From Ginglymostoma cirratum (lineage: Eukaryota): DNA of 64,000 nt. The stretch lies in assembly GCA_024137785.1 (NCBI GenBank), contig JAHRHZ010000101.1:389464-453463 (forward strand). Direction: 5' to 3'. Numbering within the stretch: the first letter of the stretch is position 1; every line of letters begins with the position of its first letter. Made by a program: the position numbers and the translations under genes. Of this stretch, positions 1 through 12,621 are shown piece after piece. The notes below the pieces were generated by a model. It made no database searches, was not told where the DNA came from, and worked only from the letters and a program-made list of their open reading frames with translations.

Positions 1-369
1 AATTCACAGTTATTAATATGGTCACCTCTGAATTGTGGAGACTAAGTTCTGATCGTGTAAAAGCTTTCTGGAACAATTCCTTTCTAACCACAAGCACAAT
101 TCTGAACTTCTTGTAACTTCATGGCATTTTAATCCTTCACCTTGGTCCCATTTTGATAGTTTGGTCCTTCCACTACTTCACTACTCCAGGGAGGATCAAC
201 GTCAACTTCAGAAGCATACCCTTGTCTTTCAGCTATACAATTTGCAACAACTGGATCAACACTGAATTCAAATATTTCGGACAATTTCAGGTAAACACCT
301 GTTCTCATTTTGTTTCCAGTCCTTTGCTTGTTTCGGTTCGATTTCTTTCATTCAGCAGTACACCTGTTC

Positions 370-608
370 CTTTACTTGTCCCATAACCATTACCTTCGAC
401 TCTGGAGAAATCCTTCCTGTATTCCACACAGTCACAGACCTTTTTGACTTCATTCTAACCAGACCTTGCGCGAAACCTGTTATATATTTAACTTACACTT
501 GCTCTGTTTAAAGGTCACAGGCTCGAAACATTAAGGTGGATTCTCTCTTTATCCAGATGTTGCCCAATCGGATGCATTTTATTCCAACAGATTCTGTTTT
601 TCCTTCAG
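370..608 (+). mobile_element. Degenerate Penelope-like element 3' end fragment
   Basis: AAGGTCACAGGCTCGAAACATTAA...CAGATGTTGCC...CCAACAGATTCTGTTTT resembles the PLE terminal repeat seen at 4573, 19533 and 54554. Confidence 0.4.
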
Positions 609-1839
609 CTATTTCTGCAGAATGCACAGCACAGGAACCAGTGGCTAATAGCAATTATTTTAGAAAACGGCCAAGAAAAGGCTGAGCCTGGTAAACGTGT
701 CTACTCATTGTAGTTACTAGACAAAATGTTTCAACTACAAAAAAATTCTTGAGAAGAGTTGAAAAGAAGTTGGTAAAGTTACAATATGTGTCTTCCTCGA
801 ACTGGTTAGAACATCCCACAGCAGCAAACTTCTCAGAAAATAAAGGTGACTCTTTGAGGTGATAATCACTGTTTAAGACATCTATCATCTTTATCCGCAA
901 CACATTTTCTTGTTGGAAGCTCCCCGATTTCTGAACCGTTTAAAGCAACGTCACACAGGTACATATATCTCAAAGGTACATATCAGAAATCACTCAGGGG
1001 ACACTGCCTGACAGTGGCCACATTAATATCTCACTACTGGAACGGCAGAGAGACTCTCCAATTTATACTTCACTGATTCAGGTTATAGAAAAGGTAGAAG
1101 CAAATAACGCAAAAATTTGAAAGGAAGAAAGCAGACAACGTATTCCATCAGAACCTGACAAAGTACTTTCCAGCCAATGAAGCATTTGGGAAAGGTCGTA
1201 AACGTTCTGGAGGGTGTGGTAACGAATTTGTGCAGGGCAAGGTCCCAGAAGTAGTGATGATGTAATAACCAAATAATCTGTTTTAAGTAACCTTTATTCT
1301 GAAACAGAAATTGCATCCTTCTCTCGGGGAAATTAGATAGGATGATATATATCATATCAGTCGCAGTGAGTAGAATCATCAGTGAGACTGAAAGGCGATA
1401 GGCCCATACAGCATCCATTGAGAGACAGTTTGAAATTCAGGCCTCCCACAATCCAAACAATATCTTGATCATCTTCGCAGTGAACTCACTAGGGACTGCG
1501 TCATTGTGCTCATCACCATCCCGACAGCAATTTGCTAAAAACTTTTCTGACTTCATCTCATCCTCATCAGCAGAGTCAAATTTGCATTTGCTCAACAAAA
1601 ATTAAAAGGTTATGATTAGGCAAAAGTTTAATGAAATAAAACGAGTGACAATGTCATGAAATTTAAAGGGATAAATGTTTAATTAAATTTAGGAAGAAGC
1701 AGGTTAAAAAAATTTACAGCTTAATAGTGCAATAAGCTGTTTATAATAAATTAGGCACACAAACATCAGATCTCGACAATACCAACAAATCTGAATATTC
1801 ACAATTTCCACATCATTTTAAATGGCTCACTCTTATTTT

Positions 1840-2130
1840 TCAAATATGACCCCTCGATCTAGTTTCTCCCACAAGACGAAATGTGTTTTCAACATCCACC
1901 TGGTTAGGTCCCTTCAGGATATTTTATGTTTTAGTTTCGTCTCCTCTTTCTCTTCTAAACTACAAAGGATAGAGGCCTAGCCTGTTTAGCCTTTCCCCAT
2001 AAGGCAATGAACTCATTCTAGATATTAGTCCAATTAACTTTTCTCTGAAATGCATCGAACATATTAACAACCTTCCATAAATACTATAACCAGTACTGAA
2101 CACAGTACTGCATATGCATCCTCACCAATA
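1840..2130 (-). mobile_element. CR1/L2-type LINE 3' fragment
   Basis: Typical antisense CR1 RT/3' sequence (CTAGTTTCTCCCACAAG...ACATCCACCTGG...AGGCCTAGCCTGTTT...AGTACTGAACACAGTACT). Confidence 0.6.
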
Positions 2131-2530
2131 TACAAAGGTGATCACAAAGGTGGCACATGAATTCCCACTTGCTTACAGTTGTATTTTACAGCAAGCTTTG
2201 GTCATTTACATTTCTCTAATTGCAGGCTTATTCAGGCTATGGTCAGTCATTTGCATAGCTTGTACTGTTACACAGACAGAATTTTTGCGATATCACTCGA
2301 ATCACCCACTCCGCTGGCTCTGCAGAAATAACGACAGGCTGCAGATGATTCCCGCAGACTATTTGTCTTGCATTTTACAACTTCTATCCTTTTAAGGAAA
2401 TTAATAATCCAGGTAGGATTTTATGACAATACAGCAGCTGTCATTCCACTTTTCCCTGTTTTAAATTTATTTTCTGGGAACTGGACGGGAAAGATTTACA
2501 GATGGGTAGCTCAAATCCAACATCAGAGCC

Positions 2531-2865
2531 AGAGCATGGTGGCTCAGTGTTCAGTACGGTGGCTTTACAGCTCCAGGTACCTGAGTTCAATCCCACCCAC
2601 AGGTGACTGTCTGTGTGTAGTTTGCACGTTCTCCCTGTGTCTGTGTTGGTTTCTACCAGGTGTTCTGGTTTCATCCCTTAGTCCAAAGACATGCAAGTTA
2701 GGTGGATTGGCCATGCTGAATTGTTCATTGTGTTCAGGGCTGTAGCTTGTTTAGCCATGGGAAATGCAGGCTTATAGGGATGGATCTGCGTGGAATGCTC
2801 TTCAGAGGGTTAGTGTGGGCTTGTAGAGCAGAATGGCCTGTTTCTGCACCGTTACGATTCTATGA
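2531..2865 (+). mobile_element. HE1-like V-SINE (elasmobranch tRNA-derived SINE)
   Basis: A-box TGGTGGCTCAGTG, B-box GAGTTCAATCCC, V-domain GTGACTGTCTGTGTGTAGTTTGCACGTTCTCCC, tail GAATGGCCTGTTTC...GATTCTATGA. Confidence 0.85.
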
Positions 2866-3669
2866 ATAAGAGCTTTCAGCAACTCTTGATTATCAGAAGC
2901 TGAACATCATTGGCCTTTGAACATGGAAAGTTTGATTGTTATTGTTCTAGGGAAAAAAGAAAGCGTGCACATGTTCTGTGTGTGTACCACGCTTTTGTCA
3001 GGCACCTGGGCTGTTGAGATTTAAATGAAATCACAACCAGGCGACAACAATGATTTCACGCTGCACTTGTGTTACTTAATCATGCTGATGGATCTCAGTT
3101 TGAGTTAAGAAATGGCCATTTGCCGCCTGATCTCATTACAGCCTTGGCGCAAACATGGACAAAACAACTGAATTCCAAAGGTTTAGAATGACTGTCCCTG
3201 ACATTAGAATCCCATTTGATAGAGGATTAAATCCAGGAATTGTAGCAAAACAAGAATTAATCGGAATCAAAAGATCCCTCCCATCCTGGTTGTCATGTCT
3301 TCCAACTTCTTCTGTCAGGAAGAGGTTACAAAAGCTTAAACATACACGCCAAATTTTTCAAGACAAGCTTCTTCCCCACTGATGTTATACTTCTGAATGG
3401 GCCTCTCAAATTTCAAATCTAATGTTGATCTTGATCTTTGTGCTTTTTTTTTCAACCATGTCAATGAGTTTCCACCTCAAAGGGTAATTGTATGCCTTCT
3501 TGCAGTCCCCATATTTCGCTGGTTTCTCTGTGGTAAGGGTGTACTTGTGTCTCTCCAGGTTGGGGACGATCAGTTAAATTCATGTCCATGCAGCCACAAG
3601 TCTCATTTTTCCCTGTTGTGAATGTGTTTTTATTCTCCTATATACTCCCATGGGCTATGGGTATCTTTG

Positions 3670-3968
3670 GTCGGGTGAGCATTTGTTTTTCATCCCTAAT
3701 TTAAATTGAACTGATGTCAGAGGCAGTTAAGGTCAAACACATTATTGAGAAACTGGAGTCACAGGTCGGCAGGACTGGGTTCGTACTTCCTTCCCGAAGG
3801 AACATGAATGAATGAGATATCAGGAAATTAAAGTTATGGTCTCTGTTCCTGATATGAAATCAGGTTTGCATTCCATATTTTATTAATTGAATTTTAAACG
3901 CCACCTGTTGCCATGTTCCAGCCCCAAGCAATTACTAGTCCATGCATCACCACTCCACTGCCATCCCC
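3670..3968 (-). mobile_element. Deu-type/SacSINE-like SINE remnant
   Basis: CATCCCTAATT...GGCAGTTAAGGTCAAACACATT...CTGGAGTCACA...TTCCTTCCCGAAGGAACAT...TTGAATTTTAAA...GCCATCCCC matches the common shark SINE in antisense. Confidence 0.6.
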
Positions 3969-4208
3969 CTACTGCATAGCTCCATCGCAGAAAATAACTT
4001 TCATTGTTTGCATCATCCTAGAGTGAGTGAGAACAGGAGAAGTCCATTCAGACAATCATGGCAGCATTAGTTCCTGGTGAGAAAGGTAAAAGTATCAGCT
4101 GCTATATGTTTGCAATATTTACAGAGTGTGCATGTGGTAATAAATGCGGGTTACTGGGAGCAAAGTTAGTCACAGCTACTGAAATAAACACCAGTTCATT
4201 ACTTTAAC

Positions 4209-4281
4209 TAGTTCAGAATGGTTTTGATCCATTGACGTTGGGGTTATTGGCATAGCAAACTCCCTGCTGCGCCATCAAGCT
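4209..4281 (-). pseudogene. tRNA-iMet pseudogene
   Basis: Reverse complement AGCTTGATGGCGCAGCAGGGAG...CCAATAACCCC...GTCAATGGATCAAAACCATTCTGAACTA aligns to vertebrate iMet with many substitutions. Confidence 0.7.
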
Positions 4282-4572
4282 CTCATCCACCAATTAGCTC
4301 ACAAGTGAAATATATGTTTACTTCCTTCTTGCTTTTGAACAGGGGCACACTTATTGGCGGGTTTCCCTTGCTATACAATTCCAATGTGTCACATCACGTA
4401 GAGTGTGACAGACAGAAAAATATGTACATGCAAAAACAACAATGTACCAATAATACACGCAATCTCAGACAAAGTGGCTGAGCAGACCAGCAACTCAGTC
4501 AGATAGACAGGCTCATAATTTGTCTGAACTTTCAGTAAAGGCTAATTCGACAGTTACGTTCATTAATCTAAG

Positions 4573-4675
4573 GAGTTCTGAAGAAGGGTCTCTGAACTGG
4601 AAACATTAACTCTGCTTTCTCTCCACAGATACTCTTAAAAGATACCGAGTTTCTCCAGCAATTTCTGTTTTTGTT
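4573..4675 (+). mobile_element. Penelope-like terminal repeat with minimal hammerhead-like motif
   Basis: GAGTT-CTGAAGA-AGGGTCTCTGAACTG-GAAAC-ATT-AACTC followed by CTCCACAGAT...GAGTTTCTCCAGCAATTTCTGTTTTTG. Confidence 0.6.
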
Positions 4676-5153
4676 ACATTCCTCACTGATGTTTGGCTGT
4701 AGATGGGAATGTTCCCTGAATCATGTTCGGTGACATTAAAGTTTGTCTGAAGGCTATCATTTGCCATTCTGTCCTTATCATCCTGCTCTTGCACTTCTGG
4801 CTTCCAAAATCACACCACACAACTGGTAGATATTTTCATTTCCTCTTTCCATGCCATCAAACACAAGAAAATTCGTCTGATTCTGATGTAATGTCGTGCA
4901 TATGAAATAAGAATCCCGTTTTAAGTGACACACAATCAAACATACAAAGATTGAATTTAACAGGCAGGCGAGTCTGTCGGGGATGGGGCAGCAATCTCTA
5001 ATTTGGTTGATAATTGAGATATTTTCCTGGGACAGATCATGATTCAACAGAAGAAACAAGTCTTTTTAGCATATTCTTTTTTGACCAACATTGCTCTGTG
5101 ATATTTCCCACAGCCTGATGTCCCAATAATTTCTGCTCCATGTCAATTAAAGC

Positions 5154-5249
5154 TGCTCCGGGTGAGGTTGGAGCGCAAAGCGTCGGCTTTTCACGCGCCT
5201 CTAGACCATCATGGAGGGCCCCGGAGCTCACCGATTGCATCACAGGAGC
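5154..5249 (-). pseudogene. tRNA-Ile(TAT) pseudogene with 22-nt intron
   Basis: Reverse complement GCTCCTGTGATGCAATCGGTGAGC...[TGATGGTCTAGAGGCGCGTGAA]...CCTCACCCGGAGCA; 96 nt = 74 + 22. Confidence 0.7.
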
Positions 5250-5285
5250 CACAGAGTAGCTCCACGTGCTCATTGCCAACCCCAT

Positions 5286-5357
5286 TTCCGGTTGGTCACG
5301 TGGTAATGGTTAGGCGCTTTCTCCATTGTGACCTGGGTAAACATTCTAGACTGGGAA
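5286..5357 (+). pseudogene. tRNA-Glu(TTC) pseudogene
   Basis: TTCCGGTTGGTCACGTGGTAATGGTTAGGCGCTTTCTCC...CTGGGAA, 72 nt, roughly colinear with Glu-TTC; B-box destroyed. Confidence 0.6.
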
Positions 5358-6129
5358 TGTCTCCGCGTTGCTGCTGTGGGAATGGCCACTGTGGACAGGC
5401 CTTCTTATGAAAAATAAATCAGTTTGGTCAGTGTTTTTGGAATGAGACTGACAGTTAATATTCCTGGATGACATGTCCGTTCAGTTGGAATAGTCAAGAA
5501 TGTCACTGGTGGAAAAGAAATGCAGAAGGAGGGGAGTGAAAGAGCTGTAATTACCTACAAGGCGCAACATAGAAACTAACTGAATAAATGATGAGTCAAG
5601 GCTAAATATGGGTGTGAGTGTGACGAAATTTCGTGTTCGATGGTTCATTCTTACACAGTTCTAACTCGGAATGAACAGATCACAACTGCTGTTTCAAAGG
5701 AGCATGGTATTTTCTTGAATTTTACTGATATTATAATTCCTCGAAAACCAGTATCTTAATAGTGTGTATTCGATTCCACTGGGGAAATATCTCATCCTCC
5801 ACCTTCCCCCCACGAGATCTGGATGATATCACATGTTAACTGCTTTTCACGTGTGAGAAGGTGACCCAGCCCATAAAGCGATGGAATGCTACTCCATTGT
5901 GTTCTGCACCCATGGCTTTTTAACCTACTCTCGGTGGATTTCAGTCCATTATCACAATTGTCATACTTCTTTGTGTCTTCCACAGTTATACAAATGATAG
6001 TTGAAATCAATTCTTGTTAGTTTTTCTCAGCAGAGATTTTTGAATAGTCGACACGACGTAAAGTCTAAATCAAGAATTAGAACGTAGCACTTCAATATTA
6101 TTGAACTGGAGATTAAATTGGAATCGTGA

Positions 6130-6340
6130 AAAGGAACATGATTTTCCCTCCCGTCATTACTTCCATCTTCACTTCCTATGAGTTTTCACCGAATGTAAAA
6201 CGAAGTGGAAAAGCAAATAACGAGAGATCAGAAGCACAAGGTTTTCCAGTGTGATTGTTGACAAGTATCTTAAACTAACACTCGACTCAAGGTTCTGATC
6301 AATATTTCAAGCAGTCTTTATTAAATCCGTGGGGAGTGAA
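6130..6340 (+). repeat. Local spacer duplication, direct copy of 8920-9115
   Basis: Shared AAGGAACATG..TTCCCTCCC, CAAATAACGA, GATTGTTGA.AAGTAT and ACACTCGAC.CAAGGTTCTG. Confidence 0.7.
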
Positions 6341-6709
6341 TCGGAAACGAAGAGCACAAGCCTTCTCCAATGGAACAAAGGAAAGAGATACTTTATGTAC
6401 GTTTCATTCGTGTTACACCCACTTTTGTCCTGCGTGAGTTATACCGTGATCCAACATCCCGCATGATCGTTACCTTGCCAATTGTATAAGGTTTGCCCGT
6501 TGTAGCAAACAAATATGCAGCTTGACCAAATATCCAGTGGCCGAAATATCTGGGATATGCAGAGTGTTATTTTTTCCCTCCAGGTCACAACACATTTGTT
6601 CTTTATCAGCTGATACTGTTAGTTACTAATCTGTCTGATCAGGTAAATAGACGTTTTCTACCACTTCACCAACTCCTTCTCAATTTTAATCTTATCGATC
6701 AATGGGACC

Positions 6710-7090
6710 ATAGACCAAATGATGTCGGAGCAGAAGTAGTACATTCGGCTCATCAAGTCACCTCCACTATTCAAAGGTGTCATGGCTGATCTGATAATCT
6801 TCAAGTTCGTTCTCCTGCCCTATGCGGATAACCCTTGATTGGCTTCCTGATTAAACATCTATCGAGCTCAGTTTGAAAATACCCATTAACCCAGCCTCAA
6901 CAGTCAACTGCAGGAAAGAATTACGGATAACTACTGGCCCTGAGTAACAAAATTCCTTCTGGTTTCAGAATTAAATGGGCAACACCTTATTCTGAGGTTA
7001 TGTCCTTAAGACATCAAGCTTCACACTAAGAGAAGCCACCTGTCCATATCTACCGTGTCAAGATCCCGAAGAATGTTGAACATTTAGACA
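6710..7090 (-). mobile_element. CR1-type LINE 3' end fragment
   Basis: GACCATAGACC...GGAGCAGAAGTAG...CATGGCTGATCTGATAATC...ATAACCCTTGATT...AAATTCCTTCT, antisense CR1 3' UTR/RT. Confidence 0.65.
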
Positions 7091-7895
7091 GTTTATTATG
7101 TGAATATAAACCTCCCCAGCGTCCTTTTTTTCCAAGGGAAACAACCCCAGCCTAGCGAAGCATTCTATAAGCACCTTTTTATCCATTTCTGGGAAAATAT
7201 CTGGACATTATTTGCAGTGTCCTTGAATATTTTTAAGGGAGATGGAGAAAGATTCTGTGAAGCAAGAGTTTTAACATTCATCAGACATGCACATGCATAG
7301 TGATTTAGGACCAGAATCAGATTTACCCTGCAAATATAGAATAATAGGGCACTGATTTTCTCTGATTCCGGGTCTGGGAACTGGGATTATATGATCATCT
7401 GAGCAGTGCTTACTTCCTTATGTAAGGGAACTGCTGATGTAACCGATGTAAAACTCGATTCCTCATTAACAATACATCCAAGGTTGTTACTCCAGTAAAA
7501 AAAAATCCTTTCCACATGAAAATCAATCACATTCACCAAGTGAATATAAGACAGAAAGTTTGCATTTTAGACTGTAAGAAATAGGAGTATGATCGGCCAC
7601 TCAGGCTTTGAATTCTGCCTTGCAGTTCAATGAGACCATGTACGGCCTTCTGTTTCAGCACCATTTTCTGCACTATCCCCTGAGATCATAATGAGGTCAA
7701 TGGCAGCCTTTCACAGACTCAATACTTAGCATTCAAAACTCCCAGGGCTCCGATTTCCAAAGGTTCTCCCCATTCTGTGTTCCCTCATCTCGGTCCGCCG
7801 TAAGGCGTGTATTCCAGTTGTGTGCATGGTGCTGCTGCTGTCACAGCCTTTAGTGTTGCACCTATTTCCTGTTTCTTGGGGCCTCATTTTGTGGT

Positions 7896-7967
7896 GCCAT
7901 GATCAAATAGAGGACCTTACTGGATGTTACTGCTGCAATAGCTCTTGCTCGAATCCGAGTCACGACA
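7896..7967 (+). pseudogene. tRNA-His pseudogene
   Basis: GCCATGATCAAATAG...GCTCGAATCCGAGTCACGACA, 72 nt, His-GTG ends; anticodon arm degraded; flanks paralogous to 39640-40160. Confidence 0.7.
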
Positions 7968-8671
7968 GTGACTGTTGTCCCCAATCTCCCCATAACGTGC
8001 TAAAAGGAACGCAATAAGGGATCAATACAAATTCAAAAAGACATGCTCATGGATACATGTGAAATACCGATGTCGAGAGATCAAGCATCACTCAGAGAGC
8101 TTTTATTATCATGGAGCAGTGATTCTTGGATAGTTAGGCTCAGGTAAATGACAGAGAGTGATGTTCAGTGCAATAGGCGTCATTACAAAAGACCAGTTTT
8201 TGCATTGTGCAGGTGATTTGTCGGGTTTGCTGCATTTAGGATTTTGAAATTGTCCATTCTTTAAGCAAACGCGAGTCATTAATATCTGTAGACAAGAGAG
8301 CTGTTCCCAACACAGACTCCAGGGCACAGCAGTATATACTCTCCTCGATACTGGAAAACAATTCCTCACAGACAATGTTACATCCCCGCTGTCAAGGGGC
8401 TGTTCATTCCATCGGCTTCAATTCTTCATCGAATTCGATTCAATAGATCTTGTCACTGAGTAATTTCTTCATATGTGTTCAACTCAAGCAAGCAGTGTGT
8501 CGCAGTGGGAGTGACCCACAGGTCATACCATACTCTGGAAGTCATACCCTGCTGCATATCATTTCACAAACACGAGGGAGAAATACCTGTTACTCTGCAC
8601 AATTTACTTCACCGAGAGAAACATCAGGTCTTGATGAGAGCACATGTCCGTTTTTTTAAAAAAATGCATGT

Positions 8672-8753
8672 GATACAGTGGCCAAGAGGTTAAGGCGATA
8701 GGCTTCTGATTCCTTGATCTTTCTATGTGTGGGGTCCAATCTCGCTATTCTGC
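8672..8753 (+). pseudogene. tRNA-Ser(GCT)-like pseudogene
   Basis: GTGGCCAAGAGGTTAAGGCGATAGGCT resembles the Ser 5' half; 3' half heavily decayed. Confidence 0.5.
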
Positions 8754-9177
8754 TGTTTTTCAATGCATTTTGCGAGTTTGGTATTAACTGGAGTCCAATT
8801 CTTATCACTTGATCACTCTGGAGATTCTTGATCAGTAGACTTTATGGTAATGTCGAAATCAAGAGTGGGAACCCATTGCCTGAATTCTATTAAAATGTGG
8901 GTTGGATTGGAATGATGAGAAGGAACATGTTATTCCCTCCCATTATTCCTTCCAACTTGTCTTCCAATGGACATTGAAAGAGAAATAGGAAGAACAAATA
9001 ACGAAAGTTGGGAAGCAGAGGTTGATGCAGTGGGATTGTTGAAGAGTATTTTAAATGAACACTCGACACAAGGTTCTGGCTAAAATTTCAAACAGCCCTT
9101 AATAAACCGAAGGCGAGACAGATGATTGATGAAAGAAGCGAACACAACAGGCCAACGACAACTACGGGTCGGAGTTT

Positions 9178-9261
9178 GGCTCTTGTCGCAATGGACAGCG
9201 TGGTGGCTGGTTAAAAATTTACGGTTTTCAGGTCACGTGGGTTTAAAATGCACCAGAGTCG
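9178..9261 (+). pseudogene. tRNA-Arg(TCT) pseudogene with intron remnant
   Basis: GGCTCTTGTCGCAATGGACAGCG...GTGGGTTTAAAATGCACCAGAGTCG, 84 nt. Confidence 0.6.
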
Positions 9262-11057
9262 ACTTTCGTTTCAGGTTCCAAACGAATCAATGATGTTATG
9301 CTGGAACTGCTTCATCGGCACTTCTTGTCGTCAGGAATTCCCGTCACTGCTGCTGACCAGCGGACGTTCGTCACCACCTCACGCAAGTTTTCAGAGAATG
9401 GTTCGACCAGAAAGGACTGCACAACCAACAAACCTGCATAGTTGAGAATGAACGCAAATATAACTTTTCAGTTATACATTTGATTGTTACCTAGAATATA
9501 TTTAGAGATCTATAAATTTCAGATTCTCAATGTGGGTTGTGAGGTGGGAAAGGAAAAATCATTGAAGTTTTACATGAGCCATGATATTGAGGAGAAACGA
9601 GTCAGCGGACCCGGGTTGAATGGCCTTTTCCTGTTCCGCTGTTCCCATATTTCGGTGTTGTTTCTTGCAGAGAATTGTCAACATTAACGTGGAGCATAGA
9701 ACAGGGTATCGACTGCCATTCTGAACTGCACTAATCCTACTTGCCTGCCAATGGTTGCGTATTTCTCTATTACCTTCCTGTTCACGTGTCTGTCTGAATG
9801 CCCCTGAAACATTGCTATCGTGATGATGAGAATGGTGAATCGACAACACTGAATATCAAGTTTCTCACCTTTACCCCACCGCTCTCACAACTGGAATGGA
9901 CAGCTCCTGTTGCAGCTTTAGGTCAGGCAGTGGTTGATGCTCACAGGCGCTCTATCAGGCAGCATGCCCCTTCGTATAGGTTTCCAAGTGGGCACATGGA
10001 GCATGTTGCGGCGTGGATGTTGCGGAGTCGGGAATAGGTTTCTCAACTGCCAGGTTGGAGTTCTGGCTGCAGTGCCAAACATGATGTTCTGATAGTCTAA
10101 ATCCAGTTCTGGCCCCTTCTTAATTTACAATTTTAAATGTGAAATTCAATTTAACTTTGTGTTATATTCTTAGGCATTCACTCTTCATGAACATCTTGAA
10201 ATGTGTCCTTGAATGAAATAATGGCGAACGTTGATGACGGCGGGTGTAGTGTGTGTCCTGTCGGTTGTGTGAATTTTGCAAACCAAGTTGGTGAATTGTT
10301 GCTGAATCGAATTCTGTGAAGACGTTTGTGGCATGAAGGGCCCATGACAGTGGGGATGTAACATGATCTGTGAGGAATTGTTTTCCTGACTCGAGGAGAG
10401 TGCACTGTGCCGTTCCCAGGAGTCAGTATTGGCAACAACCTCTCCCCCGGATAGATATTAATGAACCACACTTGTGTACAAAGTACACAGTTTCAAAATT
10501 CTAAATGATGCAAAACTCGCAAATCGACTAAACAACGCAGAAAGTCGCATGAACTGCTTTTTACCGACAAAATTTATCTTGCTGGACATTGCTCTGTGTT
10601 CTTTTGCTGAGCCTTGTGACACGGATCAATAACACGATGAGGGCCACACTTCAGCAAGTGTAAAAAGAGTGCACTGCCAGAGGGCATGCCAGGAGCAGCA
10701 GGAGGTACATGGGGAAGTTAATTTCCTACAACTGGAACAGACCCCAAACAGCAGACTGAAGTGATAGAACTCAGAGTGAGACGAAACTTTGAAATTCGGT
10801 GCCCCAGAGACTCTGGGGGTCAGTTATTGAGTCTGTTCAAGAATGCAATTGAGAGATTTCTACAGAGTAAAAACATCAAGGGCTCAGGGGACAGTGGGGG
10901 AAATTCTTGAAAATGTATATTTCAATGCAGTTTAGCACTAAGCAAGTTCCTCGGTCAACTCAGGAACCACGAGTGAAGAGTATCATATCCAAGTTCACAG
11001 GCAATTTGCCAACCATTAAGGTATAATTCAAAATATGGAGCAAAGCAGAAATATCCT

Positions 11058-11136
11058 GCTCCAGTGGCGCAATCGGTTAGCGTAAAGTACTTTTATCCCA
11101 CAATGAAAATAGTGAGTTCAAGCCTCATGTGGGGCA
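11058..11136 (+). pseudogene. tRNA-Ile(TAT) pseudogene, intron mostly deleted
   Basis: GCTCCAGTGGCGCAATCGGTTAGCG exact 5' match; GTGAGTTCAAGCCTCATGTGGGGCA 3' end. Confidence 0.8.
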
Positions 11137-11889
11137 ATTTTAATTAGTCGTGGCGCAAAAGTGTAATGAGAAAAGTCAATTCTGAACAACATTTGTGGGA
11201 AAACACCAGATTCTGTGAATTGGGAAATGACTCAAGTATTGAAAAACATGTTGAAAGCATTCCAAATGTAACGAAATGTCTGCGAAGAGAGAAAAGGTGT
11301 TTTTCTTTCAGCTCAAATACGTTTCTCGCATGGCTGACTGCACTGAATTAAAATGCGGGAAAAAGCTTCAAAACTCATTTCAATTTATTCATTTTGCTGC
11401 AAACTCACACAGGTCATTGAAATAATTAAAAAGGAATTAGATTTTTCTCATTCAGACGTTCGAATGTTTCATTCTACTTTAGTTAGAAATTTTATCAGCT
11501 TAAAATAAAGAGTTGTGAGAAGAAGGGAGGGTTCAAAATGCCAAAAAGACAGAGACTTGCTTGTGGATTTCGAGGATGGAGTTCAGAAAGTATGAAATGT
11601 ACCTTAAATCATCAGAATGTGGTCAAATTTTTAAGGCACCAGTTTAAAGTGGGAATTGCGTCTCTCAGCGACGGTTCCCTTCTGACTCGAAAGGGTCGAC
11701 CTTTACTTTTTCATTGAAAACATGTTCACTTCCACTTATAATGCTTCATGGAGAATGAACTGCCAGTCTCAGTCAGCTGCACGTCTACAATAAATTTCTT
11801 TGCACGTGAAGTCAAAGAAATTCGAAACTATTCCCCACCCACCCACAGACTTTGTCTTACTGTTAAGGTGCTTCCTTAAGGACCTAGGG

Positions 11890-12350
11890 GTGCAGGTACA
11901 GAATTCATTGAAGTTTACGGCACATATAGAAAGGGTGGTTAAACAGGCTTTTGGCACGCTTACCTTCATTGCGTAATCGTTTGAATTTAGGAGTTGGGAA
12001 GTCATGTTAAAGTTGCACAGGAAGTTGGTGAGGCCTCTTCTGGAATACAGTGTGCAGTTTCGATCGCACAGTTGTCGGAGGCATATTAGGAAGCTGGTGA
12101 GTATTAAAAAGAGGTTTACCAAGATGTTACCTGGAATGGAAGTTTTGAGTTATGAATAAAGGTTGGATAGACTTGGACTTTTTTCTCTGGTACCTAGGAG
12201 GTTGAGAGGCGACCTGACAGAAGTTTATAAAATAACAAGACGTGTAGATAGTAATAATGGTAGTTTTCTTTTCTGGTATGGGGGATTTGAAGACTAGGGG
12301 ACATTTTTAAGTTGCGAGGAGATAATTCTTTCAAAAAAAAAGATACGAGA
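11890..12350 (+). mobile_element. CR1 LINE RT 3' fragment
   Basis: GTGAGGCCTCTTCTGGAATACAGTGTGCAG encodes the VRPLLEY.VQ CR1 motif, followed by RFTKMLPGM; disrupted. Confidence 0.85.
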
Positions 12351-12621
12351 GGCAGAACGTCGCTATGACTGTGAATAAAACAATGGCAAGTTCCAGCAGA
12401 GAAACAGGTGGCAGAGAAACTGGTGACAGTGAAGCAGGCATGTGACGACTAATGTGTTTCGTTTGCCAGGGAAATTCACCACTTCACAAAGTGGAGATCA
12501 TTGAAGTGTAGCAGTGGCGGCGATTGTCTTTGTTGGTTATTCACCTTGCGAATGTTTTTTTCTGCTGATATCCCTGTTAACATCACAAGTCGACAGGGTG
12601 AAAGATACAGCAATACGTGTG

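Noticed and set aside
10300-10470. Possible U1/U4 snRNA pseudogene
   Set aside because: No match to the U1 5' end or the Sm-site context; it is part of the three-copy unassigned repeat.
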